Shown piece by piece: positions 50,031-59,663 of a stretch of DNA of 64,000 bases. Within the stretch, counting starts at the first letter, position 1. Each line of letters starts with the position of its first letter. The notes below the pieces were generated by a model. The model searched no databases. It had not been told where the DNA came from and saw nothing but the letters and a program-made list of their open reading frames with translations. Source of the stretch: Candidatus Cloacimonadota bacterium. Lineage in GTDB: Bacteria > Cloacimonadota > Cloacimonadia > Cloacimonadales > TCS61. The stretch lies in contig JAIPGP010000002.1 in NCBI GenBank assembly GCA_021735645.1, positions 383 to 64,382 of the forward strand, in the 5' to 3' direction. The position numbers and the translations under genes are program-made.

Positions 50031-50881
50031 TGGTTAGTCGTTAGTGGTTAGTCGTTAGTGGTTAAAAGTAAGGAATTGAATTTTTAAAAAGTACAATATA
50101 GGGGTATGTATATTTCAAAATGGGCAAAAATGTAAGTTTTTGTTGTAATTAACATTATTGTAGTGGGTTATGACCTTACAATTTCCTTACATTTCCTTAC
50201 ATTTCCTTACATTTCTAACATTTTCTAATCATAAATTGGTTATTATAGGAGCATTAAATGGAAAATTAGAATGTAATACTTTAATCGTGAATGGGAAAAG
50301 AGGTGAGGTTGCTATGCAGCCGTGAGACGTGATAAGAGGAAGGGCATTCAAAATTGAGCGCATATAATTCAAAATTGCTCCTTCTGGAAATGAGTAATGA
50401 TGCATAGTTTTCATAATAAACCTCTTTTTTAGCAGAAATATTCACTAATATGATAAAATAAAGACCTTATTTAATCTGGTTCGATACTGCGCCATAACGT
50501 GATATCTTGTGAAGGAAAAAACTTTTGTTTTATGGGTGTTTTAGACTTAGGAGAGGGGGCGAAGGTTTGAAGGTTAGAAAGTTAGAAGGTTGGAAGGTTG
50601 GAGGGGTCGAGGGGTTGACTGCTGGAAAGCACGGGGGTACGAAAGCGTGAAAACTAGAAGTGACTTCACGATCTTCGACTCACTGTTCACTCTTAACTAT
50701 GCACTCATAACTGTCTATTCACTGAATTGTAGCTAATGCTATGTCTAAGAAAAAATACTAAATGGTGAACAGTGAATATGTGAATTCGTGAGAAGAAAAT
50801 GTAATGTATAAGATATTTCACCGCGAAAGCCACGAAAGGGCGAGGAGGTGAAGATGAGAGGATGCGAAAATGGGAAAGATA
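50031..50881. repeat. Cluster of short-period tandem repeats (7, 8 and 10 bp)
   Basis: (TGGTTAG/TCGTTAG)x5 at 50031-50065; ATTTCCTTAC x3 at 50181-50210; GAAGGTTN-type x7 at 50561-50616; TCACTGT-type x5 at 50680-50714; GA-phased 8-mers x5 at 50842-50881. Confidence 0.7.
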
Positions 50882-50984
50882 AAGATGAAGAGTGAACATT
50901 GTGAACCCTGTTAACGGGGTTTACCTGGCTTACATTCGCTCACTGCGAGGTAATTAATGAAAACAATATGATCTGATTATTTTA

Positions 50985-51031
50985 TGCCCAACCATTGCGG
51001 AGGTCTTTCGACCGCAAGGTTTATGTGGGCA
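50985..51031 (-). terminator. Hairpin downstream of the hdr cluster
   Basis: Minus strand TGCCCA-CATAA-ACC-TTGCGG-TCGAAAGACCT-CCGCAA-T-GGT-TGGGCA, about 20 nt after the 51053 stop. Confidence 0.5.
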
Positions 51032-51052
51032 ATTTCTATAATTTATATTTAA

Positions 51053-54000
51053 CTACCAAAGCTCTAATGCTTCGGTCATCATAGCCAGGGTTTGTTCTTC
51101 TTTGTAGCCGAGTTGCTGCATAGCGCCTGAGGGGCAGATGGCAGCACATGAACCGCAGCCTTTGCAGAGTGCGGAATTTACATGAGCATATTCTTTGCCA
51201 TTTCGCCAGAATAGGCTGGGTGCATCATAGGGACACACTGCCACGCACATACCGCAGCCGGCACACATATCCAGATCAACCTGGGCAATCACAGCTTCGG
51301 AGATGTATTCTTGGGAACTGATGATAATGCAGGCACGTTCAGCAGCAGCTTTCGCCTGGGAGATAGTGTCTTCCATTCCTTTGGGCGAGTGAGCCAGTCC
51401 GGCAAGGAACATACCTTCGGCAGAGAAATCAACGGGACGGAGCTTCACATGAGCTTCCATAAAGAATTTATCGTCATTGAGCGGGATTTTGAGCATTTGA
51501 GAAAGAACATTGGCATCGGGTCGCGGTTCAATAGCGGGTGAGAGAATAACTCTATCAGGATTAAGCGTAATTTCAGTGCCCAGAACGTGGTCTTTCAACT
51601 TTATTGTGAGGTTATTATCAGCATCAGCAGTGATCTGGGGCAGTTTATCTTCGGTATAGCGGATAAATACTACACCCAGATTACGGGCTTCCTGGTAATA
51701 GGCTTCATAGAAACCAAAGGTTCTGATATCACGATAAAGAATGGCAACATCCATTTTGGGATTAAGTTTCTTGAGAGCTATCGCATTTTTAACAGCCTGA
51801 GAGCAGCAGATACGGGAACAATAGGGATGTTCTTCATTGCGAGAGCCTACGCACTGAATGAAAACCGCACTTTTCATTTTTTTGCACTCTACATTCTGCT
51901 TTTCCAGTTGATGCTCCATTTCTCTCTGGGTAATAATTTTATAATTTTCACCATACAAGTATTCATGAGGAGTGGAAGCTTGAGCACCCGTGGTAATAAT
52001 GATCACGCCATGCTCATATTCTGTGATTTCCCCCTTTGTATTGAGAGTAGTTTCATAATTTCCGATATAGCCGGAAATCGCTTCTATTGTAGTATTGAGG
52101 AAGAGCTTCACATTTTTACTAGCTTTCATCTCTTCTTTGAGATTCTGCAGATAATCATGAACTAATGTACCGTCGAGAGTTTTAACCAGTCCATTCAGAT
52201 TACCGCCACAGGTAGTTTCGCGTTCGATGAGTGCTACTTCAAATCCCTGATTGGCAATAGAAAGAGCAGCAGTGATACCGGCAAGTCCAGCCCCAATAAC
52301 TAAAGCTTTCTGAGTGACATGCAAAGCAACAGAATGCAAAGGTTCCTGGAGCCGTGATTTTCCTATGGCAATTTTTGTGAGCAGTTTAGCTTTTTCCGTA
52401 GCTTTGGCATGGTCATCACGATGCACCCAGCTGCACTGGTTTCTGATATTAGCCATTTCAAAGAGGTAGGGATTTAAACCGGCTTCGCGGAGCGTTTCCT
52501 GGAAAAGCGGTTCATGTGTACTGGGTGAGCAGGAGGAGACAACCACACGATTCAGTTTATATTCATCAATAATCTCTTTCATAGCCTGCTGGGTATCCTG
52601 AGAGCAGGTGAAAAGGTTTTCCCCGGCATATACCACATTGGGCAGAGTTTTGGCAAATTCCACTACACCAGGGACATCTACAATACTGCCGATATTGATA
52701 CCGCAATGACAGATGAACACGCCAATACGCGGTTTCTGACCAAATACGGAGCGTTCGGGCGGATAGACTTTTTCGGTGATCTGAGTGCCTCGCACCTCAG
52801 AGAGGATTTCAGCAGCACCGGCAACCGCACCTGAAGCCTGCATCACAGTTTCCGGGATGTCTTTGGGTGAAACAGCAGGTCCGCAGACAAATACGCCGGG
52901 ACGGGTAGTATCTATTTGAGAGATACCTATATGATCAATGAAATTGTATTTATTAAGCCGAACTCCCAGGGCATCGCCAAGTTTCACAATATCTTTAGGC
53001 GGGTGCAAGCCTACAGAGAGAACCACCAGCTCGAATTCTTCAATGACCATTTCGCCATTTTCCTGCACATGGTAGAGCAGCAGATTTCCGTTTTCAGGAT
53101 TTTCTTTTATCTTACCGATCCTGCCGCGTTTAAAAGTGACACCGATATCTTTTGCTTTATCATAATATTTATCAAAATCTTTACCGTGCGCACGGATATC
53201 CATGAAGAAAATAGTAGGTTCCACAGTGGGAACATGTTCTTTGGCAATGAGTGCTTCCTTCATGGCATACATGCAGCATACAGAAGAGCAGTAGGGCATG
53301 TGCGAATCTTCAGTACGTGAGCCCACGCACTGAATCCAGGCAATTTTGACCGGAGTTTTAGCATCACCGGGTCTTTGCAGGTGCCCTTCAAAAGGACCTG
53401 AAGCAGCCAGGATGCGTTCAAACTGAATAGAAGTAACCACATTTTTATAGCGACCGTAGCCATATTCGTGCATGGGTGTAGGGTCATATTTTTCTGCACC
53501 AGTGGCAACAATAACGGAGCCTACTTCGATATCTATCATTTCACCTTTCATATCATGCAGGATGGCACCGGCTTCACAGACTATCTCGCATTGCAGACAG
53601 CCGGAGCAGATACCGCATTCCAGGCAGCGGCTGGCTTCTTTGAGCACTTCTTCTTCGGAGAAGCCGAGTTCCATTTCAGCAAAATTTTGGATGCGTTTAT
53701 TCGCTGACTGGGTGCGCATTTTCACACGGTCTTCTGTAGGTACATAAGTCTGGTATTCGCGGGCAGGCAGGGGGTCACGATCTTCTCTACCAGCAGCCAG
53801 GTCTTGATTTTTCAGATAGCGGTCAATAGAGACAGCAGCTTCATAAGCCTGTCCTACAGCTTCTACTACAGAAGCTGGACCTAATACTACATCACCTCCG
53901 GCAAATACATCCGGCAGGTTAGTAGAAAATGTGGTGGAATCTGCAGTGATAGTATTCCAGCGGGTGGTTTCCAGTCCAGAGCCATCTACCAGAGCCAGAT

Positions 54001-55483
54001 CAGAAGTTTGAGAAACAGCTACCAGCATATTATCAAATTCTTCTGTGAATTGTTCACCGGTAGGAATAGGTCTTCTTCTACCGCTCTTATCTTTTTCACC
54101 CAGTTTCATAACGGCAAATTTAATTGTATGCAATTTACCATTTTCACCAATATTTTCAATCGGGTTAGTGAGGAATTTAAATTTTACGCCTTCTTCCTGA
54201 GCAGCGATGATCTCGTGTCTTTCTGCCGGCATTTCTCGTCTGGTGCGGCGATAAATGAGCGTGACGTCTGCGCCGAGTCTCACCGCTGTTCTGGCGCAAT
54301 CAATAGCAGTATTTCCTCCACCGATAACAGCGACCTTCTTACCAAGAGTTACTTTTTCCTGATAATTAACTTTTTTCAGGAAATATATACCGCCAGATAC
54401 GCCATCCAGGTCTTCACCTTTAATTTTGAGAGAGAGGCTTTTTTGAGCACCGATCCCGATAAAAAAAGCTTTAAATCCCTGCTGGCGGAGTTCTTCCATA
54501 TCAGCAGGAGAATTAAGGTGATAATTCAGTTTCAGTTCGATACCTTCAGCCAGGATCTGGTCAATTTCCCAATCCAGTTCAGCTCTGGCAAACCGGTAAG
54601 GTGGAATGCAGGAGCGCATCATGCCGCCAGGCTGGGAATCTTTTTCGAATATTGTAACCTGATAGCCTTCTTTTGCCAGATAAAAAGCACAGGAAAGACC
54701 GGCAGGACCGGCACCGATAACGGCAACTTTATTTTTATTTTTTGGTACTGGCTGGTCAATTTTCTCAAATTCACTATGGTGAGAGTGGACATAATCCGCA
54801 ATAAATCGTTTAATAGAGGCAATTGCCAGGGGCTGGTCATATTCACCACGGCGACATTCAGATTCGCAGGGATGAAAGCAGACGCGACCGCAGACCGAGG
54901 GAAAAGGATTATTCCGCCGGATCAGGTCATAAGCTTCTTTATATTTTTTCTGAGCAACCAGAGCCACGTATCCCTGCACATGAATATTTGAGGGACAGGC
55001 GATCTGGCAGGGGGCAGTTTCCTTTTTATCAATCACAAAGGCATTTGGCGAAGCCTGAGCATAAGGTTTATAAATAGCAGTTTTAGCCACCAGGTTTTCA
55101 TCAAATATCGATACAGTTTGAATAGGGCAAACTGTAGCGCATTCACCGCAGCCCGTGCAGGTATTAAGGTCTACGAATCTGGGATGTTTATAAATTCTGG
55201 CAGTAAAATTACCGGCATCACCTGTAAGACTCACCAGATCAGAAGTGGTGAGCAGCTCAATATTAAGATGCCTGCCGCATTCCACCAGTTTGGGTGAGAT
55301 CACACACATGGCACAGTCATTAGTAGGAAAGGTTTTATCGAGCTGAGCCATAGTACCGCCAATGGCGGGACTTTGTTCCAGAAGATATACTTTGTACCCT
55401 GAGGCAGCGAGGTCCAGTGAAGATTGAATACCGGCAATTCCGGCACCTACCACGAGCACTGACCCTACTTTTTTATTTTCCAT
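51053..55483 (-). CDS. hdrA: Large HdrA-like flavoprotein with an inserted GltD/NfnB-like NAD(P)-binding module (HdrL-type)
   Basis: 'GAGIAG', 'LDKTFPTNDC', ferredoxin motifs; insert 'CQIACP...CGRVCFHPCE', 'GAGPAG', 'GGGNTAIDCAR'; 'IQCVGSR...CSSVCC', 'CHCG.N', 'CSWVH', second 'IQCVGSR...CSRICC'; C-terminal 2x[4Fe-4S]. Confidence 0.88.
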   Translation of the reverse strand: MENKKVGSVLVVGAGIAGIQSSLDLAASGYKVYLLEQSPAIGGTMAQLDKTFPTNDCAMCVISPKLVECGRHLNIELLTTSDLVSLTGDAGNFTARIYKHPRFVDLNTCTGCGECATVCPIQTVSIFDENLVAKTAIYKPYAQASPNAFVIDKKETAPCQIACPSNIHVQGYVALVAQKKYKEAYDLIRRNNPFPSVCGRVCFHPCESECRRGEYDQPLAIASIKRFIADYVHSHHSEFEKIDQPVPKNKNKVAVIGAGPAGLSCAFYLAKEGYQVTIFEKDSQPGGMMRSCIPPYRFARAELDWEIDQILAEGIELKLNYHLNSPADMEELRQQGFKAFFIGIGAQKSLSLKIKGEDLDGVSGGIYFLKKVNYQEKVTLGKKVAVIGGGNTAIDCARTAVRLGADVTLIYRRTRREMPAERHEIIAAQEEGVKFKFLTNPIENIGENGKLHTIKFAVMKLGEKDKSGRRRPIPTGEQFTEEFDNMLVAVSQTSDLALVDGSGLETTRWNTITADSTTFSTNLPDVFAGGDVVLGPASVVEAVGQAYEAAVSIDRYLKNQDLAAGREDRDPLPAREYQTYVPTEDRVKMRTQSANKRIQNFAEMELGFSEEEVLKEASRCLECGICSGCLQCEIVCEAGAILHDMKGEMIDIEVGSVIVATGAEKYDPTPMHEYGYGRYKNVVTSIQFERILAASGPFEGHLQRPGDAKTPVKIAWIQCVGSRTEDSHMPYCSSVCCMYAMKEALIAKEHVPTVEPTIFFMDIRAHGKDFDKYYDKAKDIGVTFKRGRIGKIKENPENGNLLLYHVQENGEMVIEEFELVVLSVGLHPPKDIVKLGDALGVRLNKYNFIDHIGISQIDTTRPGVFVCGPAVSPKDIPETVMQASGAVAGAAEILSEVRGTQITEKVYPPERSVFGQKPRIGVFICHCGINIGSIVDVPGVVEFAKTLPNVVYAGENLFTCSQDTQQAMKEIIDEYKLNRVVVSSCSPSTHEPLFQETLREAGLNPYLFEMANIRNQCSWVHRDDHAKATEKAKLLTKIAIGKSRLQEPLHSVALHVTQKALVIGAGLAGITAALSIANQGFEVALIERETTCGGNLNGLVKTLDGTLVHDYLQNLKEEMKASKNVKLFLNTTIEAISGYIGNYETTLNTKGEITEYEHGVIIITTGAQASTPHEYLYGENYKIITQREMEHQLEKQNVECKKMKSAVFIQCVGSRNEEHPYCSRICCSQAVKNAIALKKLNPKMDVAILYRDIRTFGFYEAYYQEARNLGVVFIRYTEDKLPQITADADNNLTIKLKDHVLGTEITLNPDRVILSPAIEPRPDANVLSQMLKIPLNDDKFFMEAHVKLRPVDFSAEGMFLAGLAHSPKGMEDTISQAKAAAERACIIISSQEYISEAVIAQVDLDMCAGCGMCVAVCPYDAPSLFWRNGKEYAHVNSALCKGCGSCAAICPSGAMQQLGYKEEQTLAMMTEALELW

Positions 55484-55545
55484 TTATATCATACTCCTTA
55501 GAAAACGAATTTTCTCTAAGTTCATTTTTTATTAATTAAAAAAAA

Positions 55546-56016
55546 TTACCAGACCTGGGACAATTCATCCTTAACAGTCTTGCAGACAGCATCAGAATCA
55601 TCATTTTCGGGATGCAGTTTATTAGTAATCAGATCACAGCGCAGTTTCTGGACAAATTTATCAAGTTTGCGAATTTTCTGGATTCTATCTTTGGGCACGT
55701 ATCCCTGTCTGATAGCCATTTCGCGCAGGACTTCGATAACGTCTGTGAATTTGACACCCTGGGGACAGAGCGCATAGCAGGTATAGCAGCGGGAGCACAT
55801 CCAGAGAATGTCGGAAGAAAGCACTTCTTCTTTCATGCCCAGCAGAGCCATTCTGATAATTTTGCGGGGATCATAGTCTTCATTAACTTCAGCCACGGGA
55901 CAGGCAGCCGTGCAGGTGCCACAGGTGAAGCAGCGTTTAAAGTGCTCAGCACCGGGCTGGGCAGCTATTTCATTTTTAAAGTTTGCATCCATTTCTTTGA
56001 GAATTATTTTATCCAT
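55546..56016 (-). CDS. hdrC: Heterodisulfide reductase subunit C
   Basis: 'CFTCGTCTAACP', 'PRKIIR', 'LWMCSRCYTCYALCPQGV'. Confidence 0.9.
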   Translation of the reverse strand: MDKIILKEMDANFKNEIAAQPGAEHFKRCFTCGTCTAACPVAEVNEDYDPRKIIRMALLGMKEEVLSSDILWMCSRCYTCYALCPQGVKFTDVIEVLREMAIRQGYVPKDRIQKIRKLDKFVQKLRCDLITNKLHPENDDSDAVCKTVKDELSQVW

Positions 56017-56028
56017 TACAGCTCCTTA

Positions 56029-56859
56029 TTAAAAAGATTCGGGTATTTTTTTCAGTTCTTCCAGTGAAAAAACCGGACCATCTATGCAGATATACTTTGA
56101 GCCAATGCCGCATCTGCCGCATTTACCAATGCCGCATTTCATGCGGCGTTCCAGTGAAGTGAAAATTTTACTGTCTTCAAAGCCGATTTCAGAAAGCACC
56201 GGCAGAGTGTATTTGATCATAATGGGCGGACCGCACACGATGACATAAGCAGAGGGGTCAAGACCTACTTCTTTGGTGACAGTGGGCACGAAACCGATTA
56301 ATTTATCCCAGCCGGGATAGGGCTTATCAATAGTGAGATGCAAAGTGATATCTGCTCGTGCTTCCCATTCCTTTAATTCATCTTTAAAGATAAAGAATTC
56401 AGGAGACCTGGCACCATATATCACCGTGATTTTCCCATATTCCTGACGGTGATCCAGCATATATACTATCATAGACCGCAAAGTAGTGAAAGCAAAACCG
56501 CCCCCGATTATCACAGTGTCCTTACCCCGCAGTTTTTCATCTGGATACCAGTTACCCAAAGGACCGCGAATACCTACTATGTCACCTTCCTGGAGATAAT
56601 GGATTTCCTGAGTTACTGAGCCTGTACGGCTGACAGTGAATTTCAGCAGCCCTTTTTCTGAGGGTGAGGAGGCAATCCCAAAGGGAGATTCACCTTTGCC
56701 CAGGATAGAAAATTCACAAAATTGTCCGGGCATGTAGCTAAATTTTTCTTCATCCTGCTTATTAACAAAAGAAAGATCAAAAGTACGCAGGGTTCTGTCC
56801 GGGTCTTCGTTAATGATCCGCTCCAGTTTCATCGGAATTGGTATATAAGTATTTGACAT
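56029..56859 (-). CDS. FlxA/AsrB-like FAD/NAD-binding [2Fe-2S] subunit
   Basis: 'PGQF', 'RGPLGN', 'GGG', 'CGPPIM', 'ERRMKCGIGKCGRC...CIDGPVF'. Confidence 0.88.
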   Translation of the reverse strand: MSNTYIPIPMKLERIINEDPDRTLRTFDLSFVNKQDEEKFSYMPGQFCEFSILGKGESPFGIASSPSEKGLLKFTVSRTGSVTQEIHYLQEGDIVGIRGPLGNWYPDEKLRGKDTVIIGGGFAFTTLRSMIVYMLDHRQEYGKITVIYGARSPEFFIFKDELKEWEARADITLHLTIDKPYPGWDKLIGFVPTVTKEVGLDPSAYVIVCGPPIMIKYTLPVLSEIGFEDSKIFTSLERRMKCGIGKCGRCGIGSKYICIDGPVFSLEELKKIPESF

Positions 56860-56873
56860 ATATATCCTCTTTT

Positions 56874-57914
56874 CTATACTTCTTTATACGTAAGAATTTT
56901 TTGAATAATTTGACGAATATCCATATTGACCGGGCAAACTTTGATACATCTTCCACAGCCGGTGCAGAGGAACTGCTGATAATTCTCCACAAAATAATTA
57001 TATTTATGCATTACCCGCTGGCGCACCCGATAAGTAGATAATTCGCGGGGGTTATGCCCTGAAGCTTCTTTTGTGAAGAGCTGATACATACAGCAATCCC
57101 AGAGACGTACTCTTTTCCCTTTATCCTCATTGCCTTCATCCCGCATATCAAAACAATGACAGGTAGGACAAATATAGGCACAGGCACCGCAATTGATACA
57201 TTTGGCACTTAACTCATCCCAGACAGGATCATCCCAGATTTTCAGAAGTTTATCTTTTAAACCACTGAGTTCTACTACAGGAGGCATATATGATTCTGCC
57301 TTTTCTCTTAAAACTTTTATCTTATCAAGGTCTGTCTGATCAGCCTGGCTTGTTTCCGGGTAGCCTGCCAGAAATTTGATCCCTCTTTCGCTTATACCTT
57401 CCAGTAAATATTCATCTCCAGTATCAGTCACAAAAATATCTGAGTCTGAAGAATCATAAGGACCGCTATTGAACCAGTTGCAAAAGCAGGTGGAAGGAGG
57501 TTCATTACAGGCAAAAGAGAAGAGGAGACAATTTTTGTATCTGGCAATCCAGTAAGGGTCTTTATACATTTCTTTATCAGGCATCTGATAAGCATTTGCA
57601 AACACTTTATCCAGCATTCTGATACTCTTTGTGTCACAGGTTCTTAAACCCCAGACCGCAATTGGTTTACCCTGCTCAGGAGGAGATTTTATGCCGTTCT
57701 TTGTATAGGTGAACATCACTTCAGATTGAGGGAAGAAAATATCTTTGGGATTTAGAGAGGTATTATACTTTGATTTATTGATTTCGCTGGCAGAGCTGAT
57801 TTTTTTGAAGGCAGTTTCTTTGCCATGCTTCACCGGAGCATACACCTGGTAGCTTTCGGTGAGAAAATCTATCAAAGCACTAAGTTGTTCATATTTAATT
57901 TTTATCATAATCAA
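56874..57914 (-). CDS. FlxB/AsrA-like [4Fe-4S] subunit
   Basis: 'PKDIFFP', 'R.CD', 'CFC', 'CINCGACAYICPTCHCF', 'WDCC', 'CTGCGRCIKVCP'. Confidence 0.88.
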   Translation of the reverse strand: MIMIKIKYEQLSALIDFLTESYQVYAPVKHGKETAFKKISSASEINKSKYNTSLNPKDIFFPQSEVMFTYTKNGIKSPPEQGKPIAVWGLRTCDTKSIRMLDKVFANAYQMPDKEMYKDPYWIARYKNCLLFSFACNEPPSTCFCNWFNSGPYDSSDSDIFVTDTGDEYLLEGISERGIKFLAGYPETSQADQTDLDKIKVLREKAESYMPPVVELSGLKDKLLKIWDDPVWDELSAKCINCGACAYICPTCHCFDMRDEGNEDKGKRVRLWDCCMYQLFTKEASGHNPRELSTYRVRQRVMHKYNYFVENYQQFLCTGCGRCIKVCPVNMDIRQIIQKILTYKEV

Positions 57915-58873
57915 CCCATAATAAAGTCTTGTTTTTCATTTTCACAATGCGAAGCCATGGCTGGCTTTTCATTAATATCCAGTCCGGCAGTATAGCCGAA
58001 GCGTTCTTTCATTTCTTTTTCCACTTTTTTATTCAGGGGACGCAGATCAAGATTAACCGGGCAGGCACTCACGCAGGCACCGCAATCTACGCAGCGTCCA
58101 GCTAAGTGAAGATTTCTGATCAGATGAAAGATAATATTATCCGTTACTTCAGGAGTTTTACCAATCCATTGCGGATCGTTATTATCCACAAAACAGTAAT
58201 TACAATAGCAGGAAGGGCAGACGTTGCGGCAGGCATAACAGCGGATACATTTGGAATATTCCTCAGTGATAAGCTGCCATCTTTCTGCAGCTGATTTTTT
58301 TTCAAAGTCTTCTACAATTTTAAACTCATCTTTTACATTTATTTCGCCGCGATGCTCACCGATGAAGTGATCATATTCAGGAGCATCAGGGTAGCGGCAG
58401 GAGAGGCAGCAATCTCTAAGCACTTCTTCGCGGGAGACTTTTATCTCAAAATCTCTACCAATCAGAATAACCTGGTCACCAGCAATTTTCTGCTCCAGAA
58501 CTTCTCTGCCATTAGTGCAATTAATGATCTTCCGTGATTCAAAAATACCCTGGCAGGGAACTCCAATAATTACTACTTTATCTCTTTTCACCTGATTTTC
58601 AGTGACATAAAGCACAATTGATCTGGCATCGCAGCCTTTTACTATAATTCCTATTTTATTATATTTTTTGCCTAATCTTTTTCTATCTTTAGTAAGGTAA
58701 GTAGCGAGATTATTGCGGCAGGTGTGATCAAATATAAGCTCCTCAGCCTGCTCAGCCTCCGTGATGAATACGGGCGTGGAAACCAGTGGAAGGCTGCCTT
58801 TTGCCCAGCCAATCACTAAGTCCACTTCCTTATCATTCAGGAGCTGTTTAACTTTATTCTGTAATTCTTTCAT
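57911..58873 (-). CDS. FlxC-like (FrhB-related) [4Fe-4S] subunit
   Basis: 'KGCDARS', 'GVPC', 'CIRCYACRNVCPSCYC..C', 'HLAGRCVDCGACVSACP'. Confidence 0.85.
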   Translation of the reverse strand: MKELQNKVKQLLNDKEVDLVIGWAKGSLPLVSTPVFITEAEQAEELIFDHTCRNNLATYLTKDRKRLGKKYNKIGIIVKGCDARSIVLYVTENQVKRDKVVIIGVPCQGIFESRKIINCTNGREVLEQKIAGDQVILIGRDFEIKVSREEVLRDCCLSCRYPDAPEYDHFIGEHRGEINVKDEFKIVEDFEKKSAAERWQLITEEYSKCIRCYACRNVCPSCYCNYCFVDNNDPQWIGKTPEVTDNIIFHLIRNLHLAGRCVDCGACVSACPVNLDLRPLNKKVEKEMKERFGYTAGLDINEKPAMASHCENEKQDFIMG

Positions 58874-59298
58874 ATCTGTTTTACTCCCTTCACCAGTCTG
58901 GTAGCGGGACCAATAGCCTTGATTTCTTTGGTGATCTTGGTGATAATATCTGCAAAGCGTTCGCCTTCACCGGCAGAAATCCAGGAAAACTGAACACGCT
59001 GAGGCTCTATACCGATAAATTCCAGCAGGGGTTTGATCGTAGAATACCGTCTACGGGCGATAAAATTACCTGACAGGTAATGACAATCTCCCGGATGTCA
59101 GCCGGAGACCAGCAGAGCATCAAACCCACTTTGCAGTGATTTAACAATAAACAGCGGATCGACGCGTCCTGAACAGGGAACCCTGAGAACCCGTACATTA
59201 GGCGGATACTGCATGCGCGAAACACCAGCCAGGTCAGCACCGGCATATGAGCACCAGTTACATAAAATTGCTAATATTTTTGGTTGCCATTCTTCCAT
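58870..59298 (-). CDS. mvhD: MvhD/FlxD [2Fe-2S] subunit, selenoprotein (142 aa; UGA=Sec at 59098-59100)
   Basis: 'CNWCSYAGADLAG', 'VPCSGRVDP', 'LVSG-UGA-HPGDCHYLSGN...WISAGEG'. The frame continues 75 codons past the UGA to a TGA that overlaps the flxC ATG. Confidence 0.93.
59065..59100 (-). promoter_or_regulatory. Putative bacterial SECIS element of mvhD copy 1
   Basis: UGA + 16 nt, then stem AUUACCU/AGGUAAU with loop GUC. Confidence 0.65.
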
Positions 59299-59309
59299 TT
59301 ATATTTCTC

Positions 59310-59663
59310 CTAAAACGATATTATTTTATCTGCATCTACATTCCACTGGGTAAATTCCAGCATAGTGCTGCGAGAGACACCATCTATAAGCTTAATATTT
59401 TCTAATCCTCTGGCTAACAGGCAGCCACCGCAAGCTCTCACGGAGGCACCATTTTCTATGACAAATTTCAGCATGGTTTCAATATTATAATAGCCTTTAG
59501 GGGTCTTTTGATCTGGAACAGCGCAACTCACAGCGTCTGCCATAAGAAAAATAAGGGTTTTTACTTCCTCATGTTGACTGCATAGTGTCATTGCCAGTCT
59601 TAAAGCATTAAATGCTTTTTCTGAGCCATAAGGAGCATCGTTGACCACTATTAATATTTTGAT
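59310..59663 (-). CDS. DsrE/YchN-family sulfur-relay protein; apparent ATC start
   Basis: GGAGGTG RBS then ATC AAA ATA TTA ATA GTG GTC AAC GAT GCT CCT TAT GGC (xKILIVVNDAPYG); 'FLMADAV.CA', 'CGGC..ARG'. Confidence 0.85.
   Translation of the reverse strand: MKILIVVNDAPYGSEKAFNALRLAMTLCSQHEEVKTLIFLMADAVSCAVPDQKTPKGYYNIETMLKFVIENGASVRACGGCLLARGLENIKLIDGVSRSTMLEFTQWNVDADKIISF

Noticed and set aside
36932-50881. Short tandem arrays as CRISPR
   Set aside because: Units are 7-10 bp, contiguous, with no spacers and no cas genes.
47944-50899. Small minus-strand ORFs 47944..48141, 50229..50414 and 50705..50899 as a peptide family (shared LFPF)
   Set aside because: The similarity is explained by purine-rich DNA repeats read on the opposite strand, and the reading frames differ across an indel.
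54008-54991. 327-aa plus-strand ORF and other long antisense ORFs (e.g. 1195..1896, 12292..12861, 51587..52165)
   Set aside because: They are shadows of well-supported genes on the opposite strand, with no motifs of their own.
59007-59246. 79-aa minus-strand ORF suggesting a frameshifted mvhD
   Set aside because: MvhD homology continues in the original frame past the UGA, so no frameshift is needed.
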